The translations under genes and the position numbers were made by a program. Shown piece by piece: positions 9,926 to 17,879 of a DNA stretch of 30,532 nt (its first letter is position 1; every line of letters starts with the position of its first letter). Source of the stretch: a virus (lineage: Duplodnaviria; Caudoviricetes); IMG/VR virus record IMGVR_UViG_3300048598_000493, positions 1-30,532 of that record. The stretch is one strand, 5' to 3'. The notes under the pieces were generated by a model that saw only the letters and a program-made list of their open reading frames with translations, was not told the DNA's origin and did no database searches.

Positions 9926-10512
9926 CTTCTAAACATCCTCCTCTCAACGGCATTCACCAGAATCTTTACGTATTCCGGGGGAAGCTTCATGTACGGCCGC
10001 GCAGGCACCGTAATTGATCGCTTCAGGATAAAAAGACAGATCGGGACCTTATCCTTGAAACTGGCGCAGATCACGGGAGTGCCCGTTCCGAAGTAGGGCC
10101 AGACCCTCCACCCTGCTGCCTTCATACCCTCGATGCAGGCGCGGGGCGTCAGACCATACTTCCGCATGAGCGTCCGCGTCGCTGCTCCAGCCGGGATCGT
10201 CAGGTACTTGGCCGTCTTGGGCCGGATCACGCCGCCATCATGAAGGATCCGCGCCTGCTTGGCCTCCGTCCAGACGATGGCCTTCGTTCCCTCGATTCGG
10301 CGATAGAAGGACGCAAGGAACTGTCCCGAATCACGAAGCGGCAGGGCATTGCCTTTAATCGCCTGGGTCAATGGGGCGTTATCTTCCCATTTCCCTTCGG
10401 AGATGTTCTTCTGCACTAAACTGAGCGCGACCGAACCGGCGTACTCAATTACCTCCGGATCGGATATCGCCTTATCTAGCTGGTCGAAAATCTTCACCTC
10501 GGAGATCGTCAT
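9922..10512 (-). CDS. Phage virion morphogenesis protein (Mu gpG-like / tail completion family)
   Basis: Motifs W..NAPLT..IKG..PLRDSGQFLAS, ARILHDGG and ITVPARPYM. Confidence 0.85.
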   Translation of the reverse strand: MTISEVKIFDQLDKAISDPEVIEYAGSVALSLVQKNISEGKWEDNAPLTQAIKGNALPLRDSGQFLASFYRRIEGTKAIVWTEAKQARILHDGGVIRPKTAKYLTIPAGAATRTLMRKYGLTPRACIEGMKAAGWRVWPYFGTGTPVICASFKDKVPICLFILKRSITVPARPYMKLPPEYVKILVNAVERRMFRR

Positions 10513-10985
10513 AGGTCGCCTCGATGATGGCGCCTCGTGGCCCGGTCCGGGCTAGAGACCGTAATGGCGCCGATCGCGGGCCGCGCGTTTGGATCATCAG
10601 CCTCGGGGAATTTCCCAAAGGCCGAGACCATAAGATCCTTTGCCCTTAGGCGATATTCCTTACCGGCCGCTTCATGCCCAACCGCCATGTGCAACTCATA
10701 GATCGTCATGAGGAGGACAATCTCCCTCATGATCGCGTCGTCTAGGTTCAGGGTCTTCCCTAAGCCAGAGGCAACGGCAGAGACCTGGAGGGCCGCTCGT
10801 TCAGCGGCGCGGGTTACTGTCGTGTCATCGCCAAGCGAAAGTTGGGAATACAGCCCCGGAGCCAAGCGCGAGGACACCTCTGACGGCTGAATCGACGCCC
10901 CCAAGGTCTTCAGGGGCACCGCCCCGTCAGCCGTGGTGGCAGTCCTTTCGTGTCTCATCAAGTCGTCAAAGGTAGTGGCGCGCAT
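10509..10985 (-). CDS. Probable head-tail adaptor (Mu gp36/DUF1320-like)
   Basis: Helical 158-aa protein downstream of the capsid gene; REIVLLMTIYELH...EYRLRAKDLM resembles adaptor family pattern. Confidence 0.55.
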   Translation of the reverse strand: MRATTFDDLMRHERTATTADGAVPLKTLGASIQPSEVSSRLAPGLYSQLSLGDDTTVTRAAERAALQVSAVASGLGKTLNLDDAIMREIVLLMTIYELHMAVGHEAAGKEYRLRAKDLMVSAFGKFPEADDPNARPAIGAITVSSPDRATRRHHRGDL

Positions 10986-10987
10986 TT

Positions 10988-11548
10988 TTAGGCCTTCACC
11001 TCGGGCTGGTCAGTCGCGGGAGCGGCGCTAGGTGATTTCGGATCGTCGGGCTTTAGCTTAACCGCGAACTGGGGCGCGTCGGTCACATCGATGATCGTTC
11101 CCACGGGCAAGGGGCCGTCGTAGCCACGTATCGTTATGTTGTCCCCTTCCTTTACCGTATAGGGGAACCCCTTATGAGACTTGCTCGATGGAGGGAGCGC
11201 TTTCAAAAGGCATATGACAATAACCACAAGAAATACATCCAGCATCACGACGGCAAAGGAATTCGCCTGAATGCTTCGCTGTAAACTCTTGAAGACTTTC
11301 ACTTCATCAGCCGCGCCCTTGGGGATGGCGCTAACGGCCGGAGCCGGAGCAAGCACGGGATTGGCGAGGACAGGGGTGGCCTGCTTTACGGCCACCGGCT
11401 CCGTCTTACCCCCAACGGTCACGGTGAAGGGAGCCTCGCTCAAGACGCAAATCGAACTCACAGATGGCTGGGGCTGCTTGTCCGCGGCGAAGGCCGTGGC
11501 CCCAATGACGAGGGCGCATAGAAGCGCCAGACTAAATCTCTTCTTCAT
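10988..11548 (-). CDS. Hypothetical exported/membrane protein
   Basis: Signal peptide MKKRFSLALLCALVIGATAFA, internal TM segment FAVVMLDVFLVVIVICLL, AAAGGA RBS. Confidence 0.7.
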   Translation of the reverse strand: MKKRFSLALLCALVIGATAFAADKQPQPSVSSICVLSEAPFTVTVGGKTEPVAVKQATPVLANPVLAPAPAVSAIPKGAADEVKVFKSLQRSIQANSFAVVMLDVFLVVIVICLLKALPPSSKSHKGFPYTVKEGDNITIRGYDGPLPVGTIIDVTDAPQFAVKLKPDDPKSPSAAPATDQPEVKA

Positions 11549-11562
11549 ATCTTTTCCTTTCG

Positions 11563-11582
11563 CCGGAGGGCTTCCCCTCCGG
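11563..11582 (-). other. GC-rich hairpin downstream of the major capsid gene (mRNA stabiliser or attenuator)
   Basis: CCGGAGGG-GAAG-CCCTCCGG 8-bp stem with no U-tract. Confidence 0.5.
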
Positions 11583-11595
11583 TCTTGAGCATGGG

Positions 11596-12588
11596 TTAGC
11601 TGAGCACCACCGAGGTAGCGATACCCTTTACGTTGGGGATGGGCACGGGCTTGGAATGGCCGATGACCTTGTAGCCCGAGGGATCATCAATCTTCACGGC
11701 CTTCGCCCAGAAGGGACTGGCGATGAAGTTCGCATCGATGTCATCAACGGCCGCGTACATTAAAGATGATCCGGCGCCACGATCCCAGGCATACAGGGTC
11801 TTAGCCGCAAGGCCCACGGAGGCCTTCGTGGTGTAGTCGTAATATGACCAGTCGAAGAGCGCTACCTTGATTGAGGGAGCGAGCACCAAGAAGCCATCGG
11901 CATCGTACTGCGGAACCCACGAGGCGGGGAAAAAGCCGATTATGGCCGCGTAAACATCCGCCGGAGCGAGGAAGACTACGTCATTACCAAAGCCCAGGTT
12001 TTGCTGTTTGGCCTTCATCTTGCTCATGGTGGCGATCGCGTCACCGATCTTGGCTCCCGCCGCGTCGAACAGCTTGGTGGGAGCGACGGAGGCAGGAGTG
12101 CCGAAGACGAGGTTCCACTTAAGGAACTGGCCATCGGGGCCACGCAGATCGTAATTCAAGGTGCCAGACACAGACTGTATAGCCATGGCCTGGGCGGTAT
12201 CGCGGCATAGGCGCCGCAAGGTATCGATGCGGTTAGCAATGAAGGTCTGCTGATCGGCGAGCCCGTTTACCTTGCCCTCGAAGGACATGAGATTGTTAAG
12301 ATCAACGGCATCGAGAGTGGAAGACGGATTAACCGGCTGGGGCTCAATGGCCGAGATCGCAGAGCCTTCCGCAATTGCATACGAAGCAGAACCTCTTTTT
12401 ACGAGAGGGATATTTCCGGCGCGGGATAAAATGTCCCGATAGGAAATGAGCGGAAACGGATGGTTCACCCGGTTAGCCTCCGGGTAAAGCATGTCGAGGG
12501 CGGGGCTTTTCAAATTGGGCAGACGCTCCATGATCTCCACGAGCGAGTCGCGCGAGAAAAGCTTTTTAATGAGGGTTTCAGTTCCCAT
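11596..12588 (-). CDS. Major capsid protein (lambda gpE-like, HK97 fold)
   Basis: 330 aa, AAAGGAG RBS; PLVKRGS near the N-terminus and DPSGYKVIGHSKPVPIP C-terminal motif typical of the gpE-like family; follows the decoration protein. Confidence 0.88.
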   Translation of the reverse strand: MGTETLIKKLFSRDSLVEIMERLPNLKSPALDMLYPEANRVNHPFPLISYRDILSRAGNIPLVKRGSASYAIAEGSAISAIEPQPVNPSSTLDAVDLNNLMSFEGKVNGLADQQTFIANRIDTLRRLCRDTAQAMAIQSVSGTLNYDLRGPDGQFLKWNLVFGTPASVAPTKLFDAAGAKIGDAIATMSKMKAKQQNLGFGNDVVFLAPADVYAAIIGFFPASWVPQYDADGFLVLAPSIKVALFDWSYYDYTTKASVGLAAKTLYAWDRGAGSSLMYAAVDDIDANFIASPFWAKAVKIDDPSGYKVIGHSKPVPIPNVKGIATSVVLS

Positions 12589-12604
12589 GATTTCTCCTTT
12601 CCCG

Positions 12605-12961
12605 TTACTCCGGGAATACCGTGATGGCCTCTAGGGCTGCGAGATCTGCCACCGTGACAGCGTCTCCGTTAATTCCGTAGGCAAGGGCCTCAGCGCTTAC
12701 GGTGCCGTGTACGATGCCGATAGCCGCGTCGTCTTCAGAGGTGTCCACATCTTTGTCGACTACCCCCTTTAAGGCGTTGGCCGGGGCGGCCCCGTCTCGG
12801 ACGTAAGGGATGACCTTTCCGTCAGCGTTCAGGGCATAGAGCATGCCAGCGGGGAGCACCCCCTGGGAGGCAAGAGCCGGGAGCGTCTTCTTGACGGCCG
12901 GGTGCGTTTGCGTGGCTACCGAGGCGAAGGTCTCGTTAATGGTTGCGATTTTTCCGTTCAT
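12605..12961 (-). CDS. Head decoration protein (lambda gpD-like)
   Basis: 118 aa between scaffold and capsid; GVLPAGMLYA...GVVDKDVDT...IVHGTV pattern. Confidence 0.75.
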   Translation of the reverse strand: MNGKIATINETFASVATQTHPAVKKTLPALASQGVLPAGMLYALNADGKVIPYVRDGAAPANALKGVVDKDVDTSEDDAAIGIVHGTVSAEALAYGINGDAVTVADLAALEAITVFPE

Positions 12962-12971
12962 TCATTTCTCC

Positions 12972-13313
12972 TTACGCCTTGCCGAACGGGACCGGTTTGA
13001 AAGCCTTGCCGTTGGCGGGCTCTCCGTCGCCGAGATCCTCGTGGCCCTCGGTAACCGGCTTGGGGATGCTTTGGACGATACGGGACAGGAGATCGAGGCC
13101 GCTGACCTTCTCCTTCTTTCCGTCTTCGTCCGAAAGCTCGATGGTGGCGCTGGTGCCGAGGCTATCGGCAAGGGCCAGAACGAGATCCTGTTTCCCCTTG
13201 GGAATGCGGCCGGCCATAATCCCCTTCAAGCCGGACTTGGCCTGGGCGATGATGGACGCGTCGCGGTCGGCAAGCTCCTGCTTGAGCTTGTCGTTCTCTT
13301 CTTTCAATTCCAC
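12972..13313 (-). CDS. Internal scaffold protein (Mu gpZ-like), in-frame internal start
   Basis: AAGGAGG followed after 5 nt by an in-frame GTG at 13313, just before the coiled coil; 113 aa. Confidence 0.65.
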   Translation of the reverse strand: MELKEENDKLKQELADRDASIIAQAKSGLKGIMAGRIPKGKQDLVLALADSLGTSATIELSDEDGKKEKVSGLDLLSRIVQSIPKPVTEGHEDLGDGEPANGKAFKPVPFGKA

Positions 13314-13970
13314 GTCTTCCTCCTTGGATACGTTTGAACATTGATCCGCCAAGAGCTGCGCCTGCGCCTTGATGTCCTCGGGAATTTTCCCGGAGAGCGC
13401 CATTTCGCTTGCCCAAGCCGCAATCTGTTGTAAGGTCTTCTGGATATCCCCTATGGCGTAGTTTGCGCCTTGCTTGAGGTCGAGGATCTTCTTGGCGGCC
13501 GTAGCACGGTCGTTGTTTTGATCATCCGGATTGGGATCTTCTTGGGGCGCGGGGAAGGGCTCTCCGTCTCCCAAGAAACAGACAGGAAGGTCAGCGAAGA
13601 CCTTTAAGTCCCGGATCTTGGGCGGGACGGCGCCGAGATAGGCGAGGTGGTGGAGGTAATGCTTCCCCGACTGGTTGCGGGCAATACCGACCGAGACGTC
13701 GGTATAGAACTTCTGGTCGGCGGCGTCGGCCAGGAGATCATTCAGTTCGTTCGTAACGACGAGCGAGGAGCCGGTAGATTCCGGCTCAACTGCCTTAACG
13801 TTTCCGAACTTCGGCATCCAATCGGCGAGTTGATGCCCGAGAGTTATGGGGCATTTCCCGTCAAAGGTCTCCTTTAGGTCGGAGATGATCTCCGGCGTGA
13901 TAGTGACCTTTTTCCCGTCCAGGCGGCCGAAGGAGCCGACGTGAACGATTTCCTGTTTGATCGTCTTCAT
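12972..13970 (-). CDS. Prohead protease/scaffold (Mu gpI-like)
   Basis: CPITLGH, YTDVSVGI, YLHHLAYLGAVPPKIRDL protease motifs and a coiled-coil C-terminus. Start taken as ATG 13970 (MKTIK), apparently leaderless. Confidence 0.85.
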   Translation of the reverse strand: MKTIKQEIVHVGSFGRLDGKKVTITPEIISDLKETFDGKCPITLGHQLADWMPKFGNVKAVEPESTGSSLVVTNELNDLLADAADQKFYTDVSVGIARNQSGKHYLHHLAYLGAVPPKIRDLKVFADLPVCFLGDGEPFPAPQEDPNPDDQNNDRATAAKKILDLKQGANYAIGDIQKTLQQIAAWASEMALSGKIPEDIKAQAQLLADQCSNVSKEEDVELKEENDKLKQELADRDASIIAQAKSGLKGIMAGRIPKGKQDLVLALADSLGTSATIELSDEDGKKEKVSGLDLLSRIVQSIPKPVTEGHEDLGDGEPANGKAFKPVPFGKA

Positions 13971-14015
13971 GCCGTCATGATGACAGGACGGCATGAATAA
14001 CTCTCAAAACTGGGG
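13971..14015 (-). promoter_or_regulatory. Candidate activator-dependent late promoter for the head genes
   Basis: CCCCAGTTTTGAG-N20-CATCAT-N6-ATG, same architecture as 23314-23358. Confidence 0.6.
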
Positions 14016-14030
14016 TAGGGATTTATGCGG

Positions 14031-14867
14031 CTAGAGATCTAAGGAAAATTGAAGTTTATGAGGCGGGTAGAATAAACCAATAATTGAGAAGGGATTCTTC
14101 GTTCCTTTTCTATGATTTCTAAATACAGTTCCTAATATTAAATATAAATCTTTTGTTTTCGCTATTTTTGTAAGCTTCTCTAGAACCGAATTAATCGCAT
14201 CTTTCTCGGTTTTTCCCCTCAACATTTTCCAATATAGGGCCCCAATTTCCCAGTCTTCAATTTGTAGTCTATGGGGCTTATTGTCCGATATAAACTTATA
14301 ATAAAACGTATATGGGAGCGGTTCAACTTTTCGGACGCTTGCATCATTTCCCCATTCTTCTTCATCAAAGAGCAGATATTCATTCTCGTTACTTTGGAGC
14401 GGCTCTTCTTTCTCTTTTGCTTTTTCATATTCAGCTCTAATAACTTGATCAGGCTTCAATACCGCTAAAGATTTTTTCAAAGGTCCATATGCATCATCGA
14501 TTAATTTATCCAAAGAAGTATAAACATCACTCAAGAGATATTTACGCCTTTCTTCCCATCCGGACTCCCCAGTTGGGATTGTTTCTCCCAAGGTTATTTC
14601 TTCTTGAATTCCTCGAAGGGGGCGAAAACTTTCAGGCCTAAAATCCTTATGAGCTTCGCGTTTTTGCAGATCAAGCGAAATCCATGTATATTTTTTATAT
14701 TGTGATTGCTCATCCATAAATCGAAATGGTATAGGATAAATCCGAATCCATTGGTTGCCGTTAAGCAACCCAGCCGTGCATACTGTTTCTTCATATTTTC
14801 TTGACTTTTGAGGGTAGGCTTTTGCTACAACCAGAATACGAGCACCGCGAATTGTGTCATCTTCCAT
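14031..14867 (-). CDS. DUF488-associated hypothetical protein (possibly dual-OB-like), AT-rich moron
   Basis: 278 aa, GAGGT RBS; motifs KAYP.KS.KYEETVCTAG, WIRIYPIPFR, RPESFRP, IEDWEIGALYW, IIGLFYPP seen in DUF488 neighbours. Confidence 0.7.
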   Translation of the reverse strand: MEDDTIRGARILVVAKAYPQKSRKYEETVCTAGLLNGNQWIRIYPIPFRFMDEQSQYKKYTWISLDLQKREAHKDFRPESFRPLRGIQEEITLGETIPTGESGWEERRKYLLSDVYTSLDKLIDDAYGPLKKSLAVLKPDQVIRAEYEKAKEKEEPLQSNENEYLLFDEEEWGNDASVRKVEPLPYTFYYKFISDNKPHRLQIEDWEIGALYWKMLRGKTEKDAINSVLEKLTKIAKTKDLYLILGTVFRNHRKGTKNPFSIIGLFYPPHKLQFSLDL

Positions 14868-14886
14868 TATTTACCTCATCTTTATA

Positions 14887-15378
14887 CTAAATATGAATTG
14901 CGGGTTCCGTTATTAGTCCTTTATTATAGAAGAAGTCCGAGACACACTTACGATGGCAATAATTAGGATCTCGTTCAAAACAAGTTAACGCCACGGAAGA
15001 AAAACCTTCGAGAACTTGTGCTAGTTCATCAATACCATCCTTGGCGTTCGGTAAAATTTTCGACTTATACATATCGAATAATTTTTGGTAAGATGCTAAA
15101 TCATCCAAGTTGTGCCGAAATGAAGACTCTATTCCAAGGCTAGGGATATGGATATACGCGATTCCACTCGCTGCTAATGCCGCTGATAGGCTGGACTTCG
15201 AAAACCCCTTTTTCCTGGAAATTGGGTTTTTCCGGACATCAACAACGACTTGGATATGACGAGAGAGTAATTCATCACAATATTCATCTATAGAGCGCCC
15301 TTCATATCCAAGGGTGAATAATAGCGAAGTGGAAACAGGATGTAAGACCGTTTGCGGGTATCTCATAGATATTGTCAT
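14887..15378 (-). CDS. DUF488 family protein
   Basis: LFTLGYEGRS, VVDVRKNPISRKKGFSK, YIHIPSLG, ALTCFERDPNYCHR. Start codon uncertain (no SD). Confidence 0.88.
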   Translation of the reverse strand: MTISMRYPQTVLHPVSTSLLFTLGYEGRSIDEYCDELLSRHIQVVVDVRKNPISRKKGFSKSSLSAALAASGIAYIHIPSLGIESSFRHNLDDLASYQKLFDMYKSKILPNAKDGIDELAQVLEGFSSVALTCFERDPNYCHRKCVSDFFYNKGLITEPAIHI

Positions 15379-15417
15379 CTTAAGATGTTTCGGCTAATTC
15401 CCGCAATCCATTAACTG

Positions 15418-16185
15418 CTAAGCAATGAGTTTTTCAGTTGGTAATTCCTCCTTTAATCGTTTTTCAGCTACTTTACAAAAATGATGATCTTTTTCTATGG
15501 CGATAAAGGACCGGCCTACCCGAACGCAGGCCACGGCGGTAGTGCCGGAGCCTACGCAGGGGTCAAGGACGATTTCACCAGGGTTTGAATAGGTATTTAT
15601 CAACCATTCAAAAAGGGTTAAAGGCTTCTGAGTTTGGTGATAGAGGGGGCGTTTCCGAGATCCCATTTCACGGGGGACTTCCAGGATGCTTGTTGGGTAA
15701 CGAACTCCAGGGTTATCGGTAATGGCTGGAGTCCGCACCGCGCGGTATACGCCGGACCTCGTTGTGGAGTTCTTTGCGCGTCTCCGGTATGGAGATCCCG
15801 GCAAAAATTGCGGATGATAGTTGGGGAGATGTTTATAGAAAATGAGCACGAGTTCATGGCGCCGTAGGGGCATGCGCCGGGAATTGAGAAAGCCCACCGA
15901 TTGGCGCTTGTCCCAGACTAGGTCGTATCGGAAGATATCCCGACCGGCATTGATGAGATCCGTCGCGTACGGCTGGGTAGCCGTGAGGGCAATCACCCCA
16001 TGGTCCTTAATCACGCGGCGAAGCTCATTGAAGAATTTCTCCGTGGGGAGCCGCTTGTCCCAGGAGCAATCCGTCACCCCATAGGGCGGATCGGTAAGGA
16101 TCATGTCTACCGATCCGTCAGGGATGGTCTTGAGAACGGCCATGCAGTCGCCCTCGGTAATAGTGTTCAGCAATGGTTGTATCAT
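15418..16185 (-). CDS. Orphan DNA methyltransferase (N6-adenine/N4-cytosine, beta class)
   Basis: Catalytic TDPPYG precedes HQTQKP and SAM-binding VLDPCVGSGTT. Start taken as ATG 16185; TTG at 16212 is the alternative. Confidence 0.92.
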   Translation of the reverse strand: MIQPLLNTITEGDCMAVLKTIPDGSVDMILTDPPYGVTDCSWDKRLPTEKFFNELRRVIKDHGVIALTATQPYATDLINAGRDIFRYDLVWDKRQSVGFLNSRRMPLRRHELVLIFYKHLPNYHPQFLPGSPYRRRAKNSTTRSGVYRAVRTPAITDNPGVRYPTSILEVPREMGSRKRPLYHQTQKPLTLFEWLINTYSNPGEIVLDPCVGSGTTAVACVRVGRSFIAIEKDHHFCKVAEKRLKEELPTEKLIA

Positions 16186-16371
16186 GACTTGGTAAGTAGC
16201 TCGGCAGGTCAAACCGAGTCAAGCAGACGCAGGCAGAGCCGAAAAACCCAAAAAGGCCGTAGACGCGTCCGATTGAAGAACGGGACAAGTTACCGCCGTT
16301 AATTCATTAAACGCTTATTAAACGGCGATTTTTGCAAATAGGGCAAGATTACCCTAAAAGCTAGGACGACC

Positions 16372-16400
16372 TTGACCGCAAAAGATTCCAAGATTATATT
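16372..16400 (+). promoter_or_regulatory. Sigma70-type promoter, antisense to the late operon
   Basis: TTGACC (16372-16377), 17-bp spacer, TATATT (16395-16400). Confidence 0.7.
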
Positions 16401-16406
16401 TTACTT

Positions 16407-16477
16407 GAGAGAAAGCCGTGGGGCAGACTCCTGCCTTGGTTAGGCAGGACAGCCAATACCCCTGGCTTTTTTATTTT
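16407..16477 (+). ncRNA. Candidate structured small RNA convergent on the MuF gene 3' end
   Basis: Downstream of the promoter: nested stems AAAGCCG/TGGCTTT, GGGG/CCCC and TCCTGCCT/AGGCAGGA, ending in TTTTTTATTTT. No ORF. Confidence 0.55.
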
Positions 16478-17796
16478 AGCTCCCAGGGCGTCAGTTCATA
16501 AAACACCAACCGGCCAGTCGCTTTTTCCCTTTTTAATACCACCGAGAACAATTCACGTTGTCCATTAACCTCAATGACGGATTTTCCTTTTAGGACTTCC
16601 GAGAAGTCTGGGTTTCCATGAATCTCGGATTCTGTCTTGAATCCTGTCGCGTTCCGGAGGATATCAGGAAGCCGATCGAGTACGGTCAATTTTGATGGGT
16701 CTCCAGAATAGGCAACCGCATGGTCAATGCCGGTCTTGTTTATGACGATCTCCTCTTTCAGTGCTCCATTCGTAAATGAAGAGTCGCGCAATTTCATGAG
16801 ATCTTGCTTAATTTCCCCCCTAAGCGTTTTGCGATCGGGAGAAGCGGCCGGAATCACCTTCTCAACGGCTAACGGTTTTGATGCATTCGCTATCATCGAC
16901 GTCTCAACCGGATCAAAGCGCAAGCCTATCTTCTTCGCGAAGGCCGTTATCTTTTCATCGATACCATATTGCTTGGCCCGATCGAGCATCGAGGGAGTCA
17001 TCTTATAGAAGCTTCCCGTATCGACGGGGTTCCCACCAAAGCCTTTAGCCGGGGAGTCGGTGGGAAGATATTTAGTGGTTCCCCATGCCGAGTCTTTCTC
17101 CCGTTCGTAATCGACTTCTTCTTGGAAGACGGCCCGGACCGTTGAGCGGCAATTAAAGTGCAAGGGCGGCCAGTTCTTCTTCCAGAATGGATGCGTGGCG
17201 GGCAGGATGGTTCCCGAGCGATCACGACATATCTCCGTTTGGCGGCCATCCTCGATTCCCACGAACTCAAGGTATTCCGGTTGGCTCTTCATGAATTCCG
17301 CCGCGCGGCCGGCGTTATAGGTCGTCTGCATATTGGTCCGGTAGACGGTCTCCCAGTACCAGGGCGATTCCCCCACGCCTGCGCCCTCAAGGGTATGGGC
17401 TTCGGTCCAGAACTCGCTTAAGGGCGTCCCGTCTTCAACGGCTTTAAGGCATAGCTGCCTTGCTTGCTCGACGGTATCAACTTCGGATAGCGCCGCCACG
17501 GTGAAGGCTCTATACCGAAGTTGGGGCTCAAGCGCTGTCCATTCATCCTTGGTTAAAGGAATACGGGACTTGAGGAAGGAGACCGCCTCGTCATAGCTCA
17601 TCTCCGGGGCGTCAGGAGAATCAGCAAGCTGAAGCGAGGGTGAAGCATGGTCCATACCGAGGGCCCATGAGAGGATAAGCATCTTCTCAGCTTCCTTCAC
17701 AAGCCGCCCATCAGGCCGACCAAACGAAGGGGCGGCCGCCAACGTTTCTTTAGTGGGCCCTCCGGCTTTATTTATAGAAGAAAACCACTTCTTCAC
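16471..17796 (-). CDS. MuF minor head protein (gp30-like) with C-terminal LPD3/BECR-like extension
   Basis: RAFTVA, ETVYRTNMQTTYNAGR, DGRQTEIC, WPPLHFNCRSTV. A ~120-aa extension (FTNGALKEEIVINKTGIDHAV...LPDILRNA...SVVLKRE...VFYEL) resembles LPD3. The frame is open upstream to 17919. Confidence 0.88.
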   Translation of the reverse strand: MKKWFSSINKAGGPTKETLAAAPSFGRPDGRLVKEAEKMLILSWALGMDHASPSLQLADSPDAPEMSYDEAVSFLKSRIPLTKDEWTALEPQLRYRAFTVAALSEVDTVEQARQLCLKAVEDGTPLSEFWTEAHTLEGAGVGESPWYWETVYRTNMQTTYNAGRAAEFMKSQPEYLEFVGIEDGRQTEICRDRSGTILPATHPFWKKNWPPLHFNCRSTVRAVFQEEVDYEREKDSAWGTTKYLPTDSPAKGFGGNPVDTGSFYKMTPSMLDRAKQYGIDEKITAFAKKIGLRFDPVETSMIANASKPLAVEKVIPAASPDRKTLRGEIKQDLMKLRDSSFTNGALKEEIVINKTGIDHAVAYSGDPSKLTVLDRLPDILRNATGFKTESEIHGNPDFSEVLKGKSVIEVNGQRELFSVVLKREKATGRLVFYELTPWELK

Positions 17797-17879
17797 TTGC
17801 CCTTGCAGGAGAGGAATGATTCGGGCGGACGATGAGTCCGCGGTCGAATCAAGCTCCTTAGCCTTGGCCGATTCATCTA

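Noticed and set aside
14031-16212. Classical type II restriction-modification operon
   Set aside because: Neither gene downstream of the MTase shows a recognisable PD-(D/E)xK, HNH or GIY-YIG motif, and their GC content differs from the MTase.
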